From positions 23,867,648-23,931,647 of the forward strand of contig NC_092673.1 in assembly GCF_964355755.1 (NCBI RefSeq): 64,000 nt of DNA, in the 5' to 3' direction. This stretch comes from Antedon mediterranea. Lineage: Eukaryota > Animalia > Echinodermata. The notes beneath the pieces were generated by a model. The model was not told where the DNA came from and did not search any database. It saw nothing but the letters and a program-made list of their open reading frames with translations. Position numbers and translations under genes: made by a program. Below are positions 1 to 13,102 of this stretch, piece after piece; the first letter of the stretch is position 1, and each line of letters opens with the position of its first letter.

Positions 1-467
1 GTGGTCTAACATATAGCAATTCAGTTTTTTAAGGCCCTTCTTCCATGTCCGAGCCTTTGGAAATATTAAAAAGTTATATTAATATAATATATTCTGTGTT
101 TTCATGTTTTGAGAAATTGTATATCATTTCAGATGTTTCGCGCTGCGTTTTTATTTGTTTCGCGCTTCGTCTTGTTGGCAAAAGTAACCTCGACTTCCGC
201 TCGAGCTTTCTCCGTACATACCGATGATTATTCATTTCATTTTTTGTACATTATTAAAAAATAGCATACAGAACCCTATACGGAACATACCCTGCTCTGA
301 GAAAACACTTGTGGGCGATTCCCCGAATACGACATGATGGAATAGCTTTGGAGACTTTGACTTTGGAGTAAATCGAAACGTCGAGCAACTCAACAGTTCT
401 TTTCAGAACTAATATACGTGGTGTACCGCAAATTTATATCAACAAATATGTAACTTGTTTAGCACGT

Positions 468-1990
468 CTAAAATGGATAGCAAAACATATTCAAAATAAA
501 AAACCTGAATTATTTCAAACAGACAGCACATTAGTTCAAACAGATAGCACAATAGATAGCACAATCAAATGGATATAACTGTACTGTACATTATTCTATA
601 AGAATTATCGGGTAGCACATTCTTTCAAATGGATAGCACATTATTTCAAATGGATAGCACATTGGGTAGCACAATCAAATGGATATAATTGTACTGTACA
701 TTATTCTATAAGGATTATCGGGTAGCACATTCTTTCAAATGGATAGCACATTATTTCAAATGGATAGCACATTATTTCAAATGGATAGCACATTGGGTAG
801 CACAATCAAATGGATATAGTACTGTACATTATTCTATAAGGATTATCGGGTAGCACATTCTTTCAAATGGATAGCACATTATTTCAAATGGATAGCACAT
901 CAGGTAGCACAATCAAATGGATATAATTGTACTGTACATTATTCTATACGGATTATCGGGTAGCATTATTTCAAATGGATAGTCACATTATTTCAAATGG
1001 AAGGCACATTAGGTAGCACAATCAAATGGATATAGTACTGTAAATTATTCTATAAGGATTATCGGGTAGCACATTCTTTCAAATGGATAGCACATTCTTT
1101 CAAATGGATAGCACATCAGGTAGCACAATTAAATGGATATAATTGTACTGTACATTATTCTATACGGATTATCGGGTAGCATTATTTCAAATGGATAGTC
1201 ACATTATTTCAAATGGAAGGCACATTAGGTAGCACAATCAAATGGATATAATTGTACTGTACATTATTCTATACGGATTATCGGGTAGCACATTCTTTCA
1301 AATGGATAGTCACATTATTTCAAATGGATAGCACATTCTTTCAAATGGATAGCACATTCTTTCAAATGGATAGCACATTCTTTCAAATGGATAGCACATT
1401 ATTTCAAATGGATAGCACATTAGGTAGCATAATCAAATGGATATAATTGTACTGTACATTATTCTATAAGGATTATCGGGTAGCACATTCTTTCAAATGG
1501 ATAGTCACATTATTTCAAATGGATAGCACATTATTTCAAATGGATAGCACATTGGGTAGCACAATCAAATGGATATAGTACTGTACATTATTCTATAAGG
1601 ATTATCGGGTAGCACATTCTTTCAAATGGATAGCACATTAGGTAGCATAATCAAATGGATATAATTGTACTGTACATTATTCTATACGGATTATCGGGTA
1701 GCACATTCTTTCAAATGGATAGCACATTAGGTAGCATAATCAAATGGATGTAATTGTACTGTACATTATTCTATAAGGATTATCGGGTAGCACATTCTTT
1801 CAAATGGATAGTCACATTATTTCAAATGGATATCACATTATTTCAAATGGGTAGCACAGTCAAATGGATATAGTACTGTACATTATTCTATACGGATTAT
1901 CGGGTAGCACATTCTTTCAAATGGATAGCACATTATTTCAAATGGATAGCACATTGGGTAGCACAATCAAATTGAGCACATTGGGTAACA
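468..1990. repeat. Compound minisatellite: 21-22 bp unit (TTATTTCAAATGGATAGCACA) interleaved with a ~65-70 bp unit, forming variable higher-order blocks
   Basis: Dozens of CAAATGGATAGCACA copies alternate with TTGGGTAGCACAATCAAATGGATATAATTGTACTGTACATTATTCTATAAGGATTATCGGGTAGCACA. This explains the FQMDST ORFs at 1252 and 1864. Confidence 0.95.
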
Positions 1991-2104
1991 CATGGGAGCC
2001 TACTGTACAGTTATTCTATTCATTCATTCATTCATTCATCTTTTATTTCGGAAAAAAAAAAATCTCCATAGTTCAGTAACAAATTAGTGTACATTATTGT
2101 AGCA

Positions 2105-2113
2105 AATATATAA

Positions 2114-2146
<33 letters not shown>
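2105..2146. repeat. (TA)n(TG)n microsatellite
   Basis: Directly visible dinucleotide run. Confidence 0.9.
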
Positions 2147-2317
2147 GATATATTAAAAAAAAAAAAAAACCTACGCCACATAGTCACGTGGTTAGAACAA
2201 TAGCTTCATCCATCTACTATGTAGATTGGATGAAGGAAAAGCAAATTAATGAATACATTTTATGACAATATTGTCTGACCTCCCTATCCTGCACAACATG
2301 CCAAACACCACCTTACG

Positions 2318-2492
2318 TTGAATTGAATTGAATTGAATTGAAATATATATTTATACTGGGTAACCTCTTCAGACACAGACTGGTCTCCCATAGGGCCCAG
2401 TTGATGATCAGTGGCTGTGATGTACTAATACACCGGGGTAACCCCCTGCTCGTCTCGAAAGATTTACTAGGTTTTTTAAAGTGCACACGAGC
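2318..2492 (-). mobile_element. 5'-truncated SINE copy (same family as 8208-8520)
   Basis: Reverse complement of the 3' part of the 8208-8520 element (GAAGAGGTTACCCAGTATAAATATAT), ending in a (CAATT)n tail seen as (TTGAA)n on the + strand. Confidence 0.75.
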
Positions 2493-3853
2493 TAGATGTG
2501 TATTCTATTATCGGGTGTAGCACATTAAAATTGAGAGGACATAAGATGGACACCATCATTTATTATTAAGGGGCGAAACAGTCAATCCTTACTGAGGGGA
2601 CACTCTTATAAAGGGGACATTAAGGGGACGGGGAACATTTAAGCTCAGTGCCAATGTTCACTCAATATTTTTTCCATCACAAAATAACAAAAAAGACGAA
2701 ATATTTATATCCATTTATCGTTATTAAATAAAAATGGATATCATAATAATTATGAAACGTTGCCTGCTACATTTTAAATTTCCGAGTCCAGATCAGTATA
2801 TTGGTTTTTTTCTGCGAAACCTCTATGAAGAGGACATGTTTTTTTAGGAATTGTTCCAGGGGCAGTAGAACCCCTATTAAGGGGACACTTTCTACTGTAT
2901 TTTTAACGGAGGATATCACAAATCAAGTACGTGTTTCCAAGTACAGTACAGTGTTTAAAAAGAATTATTTCATTTCAATCTTTTTAAAAACAGAAATAGG
3001 TCTGTTTTGAAAGGTTTTTGTTTTTTATTTGTTCTTTTCCCGTGTGTTACTTGGCAATACAGAGATATGAAGGACAATTTTGGCGGGATGTTTGCATTGT
3101 CGCCCCTGAAACTTGTGACCTGAACTGAAGAATATGGTATGTTGTTAGTGCTGAATTCTGTAAATTTTGTGTCATATCAACTGAGAATTTGTATCATTTC
3201 TGTAGGCCCAACAGTTAACATCATCATTTTTCAATCACATTGTCAGAAAATGAAATTCTTAATGAAATATTACGTGTAAAACCAAATATAAATATATGTG
3301 ATGTGAATATAACAATGGAGAAACTTTCATGGAGAAATAACTTACTTATTTATAACTAACTTATTTTTCCGTGATATAACTAATGAAACAATGTTTAGAA
3401 AATGATATATCTGATAGATATCATCTAAGTGATGTTTTACATATAACGTTTAACAATTGTTTTTTTTCATTCTCCATACATTCAATTCTTTTAATATAGT
3501 TGTTGTATAACACCATATCAAGTAGTAGTAGAAATTATTGTAGGGTTTTCTTATTCAGTCAATTCAGTGTTTCTATACAGAAAAGAGTAGTCAGTGGCCT
3601 TAACATCAATTAATTGTATAATTTGCACCCAAGGTCGAATAGCAAGTAACTCAGGTCCAGTTACATTGGTGTTCATTGGTCAATAGGAAATGAACAGCAC
3701 ACTTATGGGTGGTGACAAAGTTTAGTTATTGATAAGTTGTCCTTGGGAAAAACACATTAGTTGGGCTGACCATGGGTTGACAGAGTTAACGACTTCGTAA
3801 CGCTATCCGGGGCTCCTGCGCCTAATGATTTTACAGATACAGTATATGCTTAC

Positions 3854-3958
3854 CGGTCCTAAATTTACAGCCTTCGTTTCTGTTGCCAATTTAGCAAACT
3901 CAACCCACATAATCTTGTCCAAGTTGAGAATCCTTTTTGCTGGGCCATAATTAGACAT
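3854..3958 (-). CDS. First coding exon of a second kynurenine aminotransferase (KYAT/CCBL) paralog; gene presumably continues beyond the left window edge
   Basis: Encodes [35 protein letters not shown]. It has the same 105-nt CDS length, the same acceptor context (cag|gttaaaATG) and a GT donor like exon 12998-13102. I could not find a downstream GFPD exon in 1-3850. Confidence 0.75.
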
Positions 3959-6876
3959 TTTAACCTGTAAAATAAACAATTAAATCCTAATATGAATGAA
4001 AAAAGGTACATTAGAATTGGCGACATTGCTGTAATTGAAATTAAGAAATCATCAACACGTAGTTGTAAAGTAGACTTAATTGACAATGCAATGCAACAGA
4101 GATAAGACTGGTTTTCTGTTTAATGCGAACGATAAGGATATGACATCTATTAACTGTAAGTTAATCAACAACACATGCATTAAAAGTATGAAGCAAGCAA
4201 ATTGAAATACATCAGCAAACATATCAAATAAACTCTACTATAATAGCTTAAATAAATTATTAAACAATGTAAATGTTAATATTATATAATTAATTAATTA
4301 TGTAATTAACAGCCCATCTAAATAGTCAAGTTTATTTACCGTACAGTTGATCCTTATTATCTCTGTGAAACTGAACATCTACATTGATTATTTCTTCTGT
4401 AATTTCTCTTACAAATATTGTAGGGTTTTTATAGCAGTGATGTGGATATCACCAAACACCAGAAATATCAAATTTAACACTGTGAGTATCAACCATGTGT
4501 CTTTCAACATTACTAATCTTGATACTAATTTTACTAGAGAGGGTGCAATACCCAAATAACTGACATTGAAAATAAATGGCATCAACAAACGCTGTGGTTC
4601 ATTTAGAAAAATAAAATTTGTTCTGTCCTATTTTTTTAGCATATAAATCGCCCAACGGTAACAGCCTTTTACAGTGCATATCCTCTACTGCATCTACTGC
4701 TTACAGCGGACCACATTACTTGCAGATACTCAGAGAGATTAGAACTGGATATAATGTATATGTGGAAAAATGAACAACAATATTAAACATCTTATCTATC
4801 TATAATTTTGCAGCATTTACTACTTGGATTTTTTTTAAAACTCAACCTATTTTTTAAAATAAATTTTTTTTTAATAAAGTAAAAATAATTTCAACATTAA
4901 CATAGCATAATGCAACAAAAAAACTATTAAATAATAATTTCAGTTATGCGTACTTAAAACATAGGCCTACAATACAAACCTTATCATTATAAAACTATAC
5001 ATTGTAGAGTACATGATATATTTAAGAGAGTAATTGTATCTTTTTTCAATCATTACGATACTTGAATATTCTTTGGTTATTGCAACTCAAATGAAGATCC
5101 TGCACAGCCTCAGGCCCCCTTAACTGCTTGTATGTACATGCTAGGAGCAGGGACCTTTTGACTGCCAAATGGAAATATTCTACTTGCAATCAGTGTGGAA
5201 GTTTATATAATGTAAAAAGTTGGGCAACATTATTCGCGATATCACCTTAAACACTTCGGTGTAAATCAAGGACTTACAAATTTGGAAAAGCTCTCGAAAA
5301 AATCTGTAAAAACAGCAGCTGATATAAACTACTTTAAAAATAATGTAAAAGAAATTACCTTCCTTCTTCCAACTGTTATAATTGAAAGTTCTTTCAATGT
5401 TGACAGGAGATATAATTATAATCAAGTGTAGATAACCTTCTACTGTACTTGCAATCAGCTGAATATGGGTGTTTTCTGATAATACTTCTCTTATATAGAA
5501 GTTTGTATTCTGGAAAACCAGGGTAGTAAATTATTAACAAACAAACTTCTTGTTTGCTCTTTTGTGATAAGATATTAACCTTTGACACGATGCAAGTAAC
5601 AACTTTTCAATATACAAATACAAATATTTATTCTTGAGAATATTTTGGCTTTATTGCGGAATTCAAGGAAGACTTTCCAATATAAAAATTATTTAACATC
5701 AACATACACTTATTAATTATCTAATAATTCAATAATTTCATAATTACTTTTAGAACCACAAACATTATTTTTCTATTGCATGCAAATTCTTAAATATTTA
5801 ACCATAATAAAATATTAGTTTTACCAATATGTAACAATATATTTCAGATTCGTATAAAAATCAAAAGAAAATTGAAAATGATGAAAAGGGCTACAAAAAA
5901 AACCAGAATTAATGTAGATTTGGGAAATTGGGTGAAGACCTGAAGTTCATATTATTATCAATCAATCACGACTGTATTGTAATAAATAAACTTCATATAC
6001 AACTAGTTTGTTGCGTCGTGAGGTAATTTCCCGATTGATCGTAATCCAAACGGTACTGGGTTTGGTCTACTAGCGTTCCTGCTCCCAACCAGTACATCCA
6101 TTCATAGAAGCTTTAATGAAGTAAGCCTACCTGGTGGTAACCATAGAACGGTCCCGAGGTAACGACTATACTTCGGCTTTAGTCGATAGAAGATTGAATA
6201 GAGTATACGATGTTTGATTACCGGTATGTGTAGATGTGTGCTTTGTTCTTTTATTCAAATGATGTTATTTATTTAATACATCTTTTATATAAATTAATTA
6301 AATTATCGTAGATTGTATATTATGCGATAAATATTATTTAACCAATTTTTGATATATTTATTATTATAATATTAATAAAAAGATATTTGTTAGTATAAAT
6401 TAAAAAAATGTAGATATGAGGAAGAAAAGCAAAGAGATTATGGAGCGGCTGTACCAGAATATACAACACTAAGTATTGTAAAGTTAATATACCAAAAAAT
6501 GTTAGACGATCTTGTCAAAGGTCAAGCGCCTTCAGCCTGCCACGTTTCGATATTCAATATTGAACTTGACCTATAAGGATCAATTTCTATGTGTATAGTT
6601 TCCTAGAATCAGGTATTAGAATTAAATTATGAATACTGTTTATGTGTACATGACATACCAGAAAAATAGTTTGTGATATCCCATAATCTTTTGGCAATTT
6701 ATAACATAGTATCATTTAAAAAGGAAAATGTACGTAATTTTGTACCCTAAACCAAATTAAAAGTTTTCTTCCGAAAAATAGACACCAATTTAAAATATAT
6801 TTATTTTTAAAATACCTAGTAATAATTATTTGGAGAGTTAATAGTTGCTTTTGAAAATACTTAATATTTGTCTTTT

Positions 6877-9800
6877 TTATTTATTTAATGTCTTCAGAAG
6901 TTCTAACCCTTTTTCCAGTGTACTCTCCTCCTGTAAAAAAAAAAAATTTTCTTTTAAAATCTTTCCTGTTAAATTTAAAGGCCGATGCATATTAAACATT
7001 TACATACATGCGTGTCGCTTCCTGTGCATGTTGTTCAGCATGCACCCGCCTTAAACTGGGAAGAAATTAAAAAATCAAGTTTGTGAAAAGACCATTTATA
7101 CGTACCTTAATAATACAAATCCTAATATATTTCTCTCCAATATATTTATGATCATCACTAAAAAATGCACTGGGAGGGATTGTTGCTACTCCCTAAGAAA
7201 TTAATAAATAATAAATCAGAAATTAATTGTAAGTTAAGAGACGAGACTTAAACTATTCAAATTGTTAATTTTTAACTTAAGTAAAACAATGTTTAAGACA
7301 TACCACATTTTTTGTTAGCCATCGAACAAACTTATAGTCCCTTGTGTCAGAAGTTCCATCATCAAAATCAACATCTAGTGAGAGATTACACAAAAAAACA
7401 ATCAAAATCTAATGACAAAATCTGAATTCATAAATTTAATTTTCGTCTTTTTAAAAAGTGAACTATTAAAAAAAAAAACTTTTGTTTTCATGATTAACAA
7501 TTAAACCTCATAATTATTCTTTAATAATAGCTTACTTATTTTAGACACATCAGCAAGGATAAAGTAGCCTCCATCAGGCACTATAGGCTCCAATCCGATT
7601 TCATGTAAAACCTTGCAGACTTTGTTTCGTTTCTCTTCTAGTTCTTCTGCCAAAGACGTCAAATAACAGTCAGGTTGGCCAAACCTTGCTAATTCTGTTT
7701 CTAAACCAACTGCTACTGCTTCCTGAAATAATATTTAAAATGCTGTTATTAAACTTCTTTAAACTAATTTGAAAGAAAATTTGAATGGAAATGTTCAATT
7801 GATGTATGCCAGCAATAATAAAAAAAAAAGTATTGGAAGCAAATAGACAGAACTTGCAGATAGACGACAATAATAGTGTTATTTTTTTACAATATTAAAT
7901 AGGTGGTTGTTACCTGCAGTGGTGTTGGACAGCAGTATACTGAATGCTGGTGAACTACACGTAGCCCCTTCATTAGGTTCTCTGGTCCAATGCCCCATCC
8001 AAGCTAAATAGAAATAAATGTAAATACGATAGTTTAAAGATGTAATTTCTATACTTAAAAAGTTGCTGCATATGTATGTAGTTTTTATAGACTAATTCTT
8101 CATTCTTACCTTCCAACCTGTTGCACTAAAGGTCTTTCCTGCACTGCCTATTGTAATAGTTCGTTCCCACATGCCTGGATACGAGGCTACAAGGAAAAAA
8201 AGTTGATCAAGAGCGAGTGGGCAGAGCGGTTATGACAGTGGAACCGTAGTATGTAGCCATTACATCGGCAAGCGTTCAAGGCTCACTCGCTCCATGGTTC
8301 TTGTGGTAGAACAAGTCTTCTCGGATAAGGACTATAAACCATACTATAGGTCCAGTGTACACATCATGTGTACTTTAAAGAACCTACTACATCTTTCGAG
8401 ACGAGTAGGGGGTTACCCTTGTGTACTAGTTCACACACAGCCACTGATCATAACTGGGCCCTCTGGGAGACCAGTCTTTGACTGAAGAGGTTACCCAGTA
8501 TAAATATATAAGAAATTCAAAGTATTACAACACTTGCAGCACTTTTTATCCAAGCCCTGTCAGTGATGCAGCCAAAAACATGAATGTACACTCAATGCTA
8601 TGCACACCCATGTTTATGCACTATGATCTCCAATGTCGTAAGCTACAGTACGACCCTATTAACACCCATCTGTCATTACACACAGGTAATGCCAAACATA
8701 TATAAAAGTATGACAATTACAATAATACTCATTATCATGACAATGTTTATGGATTCTTTACCAATTCTTTCATGTTTATTTCCTGTGTATATCATCCATT
8801 CGTAGACTTCATCGCTGATGCAGATCACATTATGTTTCTTGCATAATTCTGCTATCATTGTTAATTCATCTTTTGTAAAAACCTGAAGAAGAAACAAGAA
8901 ATATTCTATTTTCAATCAAACATGTTCGGTTTCCTTCCTAACAATCGGCATCTGATGGTGTTTTTTTCCTAAGAAATGTAATTTCCATTTTATAGATCAA
9001 ATATTTGCAAATCTACTGACTACCGCACATGCACAAGTAAATTGATAGTACAGTGTGTGAAAGACAACGACTACAGTACAATATCTAACAAAAGCTACCA
9101 AAACAGCAACAAGATAGGAGACAGTGGCTAGACATTATGAAGCTGAAGCCATCCCACATCCATAGTTTTTTTTTTTTTAATGCTTGCAAAAGACAGATAA
9201 TTCAGTAATAAAAATTAGTGTCTCTCAATCCATTTCAAGTGTGTAGTCTGTCTGTAGTTATTTTAGTGTCACTACATGCATCAGTGGCGATAGGCGTGAA
9301 CAGGGCCAGATATATATTTAGGTAATTTTACCTTGCCTAGTGGATTGTTTGGGTTGTTGACAATAATCATTTTTGTTTTATCATTAAACATGGCTGCAAA
9401 TTCAATTGGATCCAATATCCAGTCTTTTGTACTCTCGGCATTTTCTCTCTAGATAGAAAAAATAGATATATTTTAGCAGTAAAAGTAAAACTTTATTAAT
9501 CCCTTACTGTGGGTAAACTAATATACTCTCAATTTAAAATTATTATATAAATATTAAAAATATAGTATTAATTAAATTAATATTTCACATCACCATGGTG
9601 TTTAATGTGAAAGGGATATTAGATTCTTTAAAAGTCAGTGTCTTTAAAGAATTTATTCATTTGGTTATGTGCTTTAAAACCTTTAAAAATACAAATGTTA
9701 AAAACTTACATGGTCAACATAATAACATGGATAAATATATATTATTTTATATTTACAATATTGCATAAGTAACAGAAAAAATACAAATCTACTTACTGGT

Positions 9801-12800
9801 TTTAATGGGATATACTTTGGAACACCACCAGCCAGTAAAACCATTGGTTTGTAGCAATCAAAGAAGGGCTCAATGATAATTACCTATAAAATAATAATAA
9901 TAATAGATTTGTCACAATTTTTCTTTTACTTTCTGTATCATCAAAACGGCAAAGTATCTAGCAAAAATAAAAACAATTGCACAGAATAGAAACAAAAGGA
10001 AAAATCTTGTGAGGTCCTAGGCAGCACAGGCGGAGAAGTACATGGACCTCTCGGCGATGAGGCTGTAAAGTGAAGCAAGTAGTTTCTGTATTATCTATTC
10101 AAAGTCATAGAACAAGAACAGTGTTTGGTTTTAATGTACATACTATAAACAGGAAAACGTACATGCAACAATTAAATAAAAAAATATTTATATGAGTATT
10201 AATCAATTATTACACAACTAGTTGTGTTATCCTTGTCATTTAATTGGTTGATTTCGTATTACATGCAATACATTATATTCCAACATTGGATATTAAGGTT
10301 TTTGTCAAAATTGTGAGAATATTGTGAGGCTGGTTCTTGAAAACCAATCTGTAGTGTGCACCATCTATAAACTGTATACAGACTGTGCGGCCAAAATTTT
10401 GTCATATTCGAGTGTACCGTTTAGTAGTTTTTCCGTTGAGTACTTCTTTAACGGAGTATTTTGAGCGTTGAGATTGTTCTTAACGAAAAAGCTTTCGTTG
10501 TCAACGTTTTCTATTCGAATGACTTTCTGTTGAGCACAAATTTACAATTCGAATACAAAAGTATCAAAACGAATCTTTACGTTGAGTGTAATAAATTACC
10601 ATTCCCTAACATATAGAGTAACATAGTATTTACATGAACATTCTAGAATAAGATGTTTTGATTTAAGAAACCATATATAATTAATAAGAACAATCAAGAA
10701 CATTCCAGAAGTGCTATTAATAGAAACTGTAATCATGTAATAATGAGAAGTATAAAGAATGATCTAGAAGGATAGGAGCATCTTGTATATAAAGGGATGT
10801 AAACTATTGTAAGGTTGTTGGATTAGAGGTTGGATTAGAGGTTGGATGTTATATTGTAAAGTCATTGTGAAGCTGTTGTTTAAAGTGCTTACTGGATTGT
10901 TAAAAGTTGAAGTTGATTGAAATTAAAGCTTTGTTTTTGAGTTATTTTACAACTTTGTGGATTTTGTGTGTATACTTTTATGTCACAAGGGAGTTCCTAA
11001 AGTATTTTCAACCGCTCGGAAACATACGTAAGAGGAGTTCGTGACATAATTTGGTGGCAGCGATGTTCAGCCTAATTTGGTGGCAGCGGTGTTCAGCCTA
11101 ATTTGGTGGCAGCGGTTATTTCGATCTACTGTTCGACTTAACTGTGTATTTATCTACGGTTGTGATATTTTGTGGTAGCAGTTTGATCTACTGTATTTTG
11201 CCATAGATTGGTGGCTGTTTTAGGATCAACTGTACTTTATTGATATTTTGTGAAAGCGGTACTTACGATACTGTGATATTTTACGGAAGCCGTGGTGCTA
11301 CGTTTTGTTTAATCGTAAGTACACAAACATTGTTTTAAGAACAGTACATTATTTATTTGGAACAGTAGACTTGTGAACGTCTCGGTAACTACGATTAACT
11401 AGTAACAAGACCCTCATCCAGATTTAAAATATGGCTGATAAACAATCAACAACAAGATCCGGTAGAGAATACCGCTTCCTCAAAATATCAATAAAGTACA
11501 GTTGATCCTAAAACAGCCACCAATCTATGGCAAAATACAGTAGATCAAACTGCTACACCACAAAATATCACAACCGTAGATAAATACACAGTTAAGTCGA
11601 ACAGTAGATCGAAATAACCACTGCCACCAAATTAGGCTGAACACCGCTGCCACCAAATTATGTCACGAACTCCTCTCACGTATGTTTCCGAGCGGTTGAA
11701 AATACTTTAGGAACTCCCTTGTGACATAAAAGTATACACACAAAATCCACAAAGTTGTAAAATAACTCAAAAACAAAGCTTTAATTTCAATCAACTTCAA
11801 CTTTCAACAATCCAGTAAGCACTTTAAACAACAGTTTCACAATAACTTTACAATATAATATCCAACCTCTAATCCAACCTCTAATCCAACAACCTTCTTC
11901 AAAATAAATGCTTCAATCAAAATCCTTCTCCCACTTACAATTGTCATAGTTGGCAACAAAAGTTCCCAATCGAATACGCAATTTGAGTGGCAACTTTTGT
12001 AGTTCAGCCAATAGCAATAATAAATGATCTTGCTACCTGCTGTATAGATCTTTCATTGTCATTGTTATTATTAAAGTCAACTCTTCCAATACTGGACACC
12101 TTTGGGCAGGACAAATATGTCTGATTTTACAGAATGTCTGGTATTCAGAATGTGTTTTTAATAAAAGAGGAATTTGGGAGCTTTTGGACTTCAAGAAAAG
12201 TCTGGTTTTGGTTAAGTTTCCGGTTTTCAGGGATTCCAGTATTGGGAGAGGTGACTGTATAAAGTATTTGTTGAATTTTAATTCGGTGAGTTATAATAAT
12301 AATATATAAAGTGTACTTGCCTCATCTCCTGGGTTTACAAGACCCATGATGGAGTTAAAGAGCGAACCATAAGCACCAATTGTCACTAATATTTCTTTTG
12401 TTGGCTCAATAGTTCGGTTCTGAAATTTACCATACAGTGCAGCTAACGCATTGACGAGTCTTGTATGACCCTGAATGAAGGAAACAAAAAGAATTGTGAC
12501 AAGTTATGTTTGAATGAGAAACGGATACAAACGGTTGTTAAAGAAGATTAACGTCAGAAATGTATACAAGTTCAAAAGGGTATTAACATGAGAAACTAAT
12601 ACTTACAAACGCCCTTGTATACTGGTTCATGAGAGGATTAGCATGAGTGGTAGCTTCCTTCAAGGCCTCTATCATATAGCCTGGTGTTGCAAAGTCTGGA
12701 AAACCCTACAAAAATTGGAGTAAATCACTATAATACCACTTTTATCTCACACCGGATTCATTAACCCGATAATAAACAAACAAAACCAGTATTTTCTCAT

Positions 12801-13102
12801 TGTATGAAGATTAAATACTATAGCAACGAACTGGAAAAACATAGGCGGGACTGTGCAATCATGCAAGTACATTGTGTATGTCCAGGATTTGATTGGTTCA
12901 GCGGCTTTTACGTTGTTTATACCGGCATACTACTACTACGTCCCACGTAATATTAAGAATTAGATGATGTCCAATAATTAAGCAAAAAAGGGTTTACCTG
13001 TCCCAAGTTTACAGCCTTCGTCTCAGCAGCCAATGCAGAAAACTCAACCCACACGTTCTTGTCTAAGCCGACAATCCTTTTAGCTGGGCCATAACTCGAC
13101 AT
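6877..13102 (-). CDS. KYAT3: Kynurenine--oxoglutarate transaminase / cysteine-S-conjugate beta-lyase (KYAT1/KYAT3-like), PLP-dependent class I aminotransferase, ~414 aa, 12 coding exons
   Basis: Hand-spliced exons: 13102-12998, 12705-12607, 12470-12321, 9883-9797, 9448-9332, 8882-8762, 8186-8110, 8003-7914, 7722-7536, 7374-7304, 7192-7106, 6930-6877 (TAA). All phases are compatible. Motifs include [57 protein letters not shown] (PLP lysine), GGYF and IRIC. KYAT1 versus KYAT3 orthology cannot be resolved by eye. Confidence 0.95.
8208..8520 (+). mobile_element. tRNA-derived SINE in a KYAT intron
   Basis: The tRNA-like head has A-box-like GTGGGCAGAGCGG and B-box-like GTTCAAGGC. The core reads GGATAAGGACTATAAACC...TTAAAGAACC, and the 3' end is shared with the copy at 2318-2492. 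Confidence 0.7.
10587..11896 (+). mobile_element. Truncated LTR retrotransposon (LTR + repeated PBS + gag start) folded back into a hairpin
   Basis: TG...CA-bounded LTR-like segment at 10587-11046, followed by TAATTTGGTGGCAGCG (PBS-like, three tandem copies) and an ATG at 11431 giving [14 protein letters not shown] (gag-like start). Segment 11471-11896 is the reverse complement of 10811-11261. Confidence 0.75.
12074..12259. mobile_element. Short MITE (Tc1/mariner-like ends)
   Basis: Imperfect terminal inverted repeats AGTCAACTCTTCCAATACTGGA ... TCCAGTATTGGGAGAGGTGACTGTA. Confidence 0.45.

Noticed and set aside
468-1990. CRISPR-like repeat/spacer appearance
   Set aside because: The 'spacers' are themselves repeated, there are no cas genes, and the context is eukaryotic; it is a minisatellite.
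5100-5530. Coding-looking + strand stretch, faintly like a retroelement ORF start
   Set aside because: Multiple stops and no diagnostic motif I can support.
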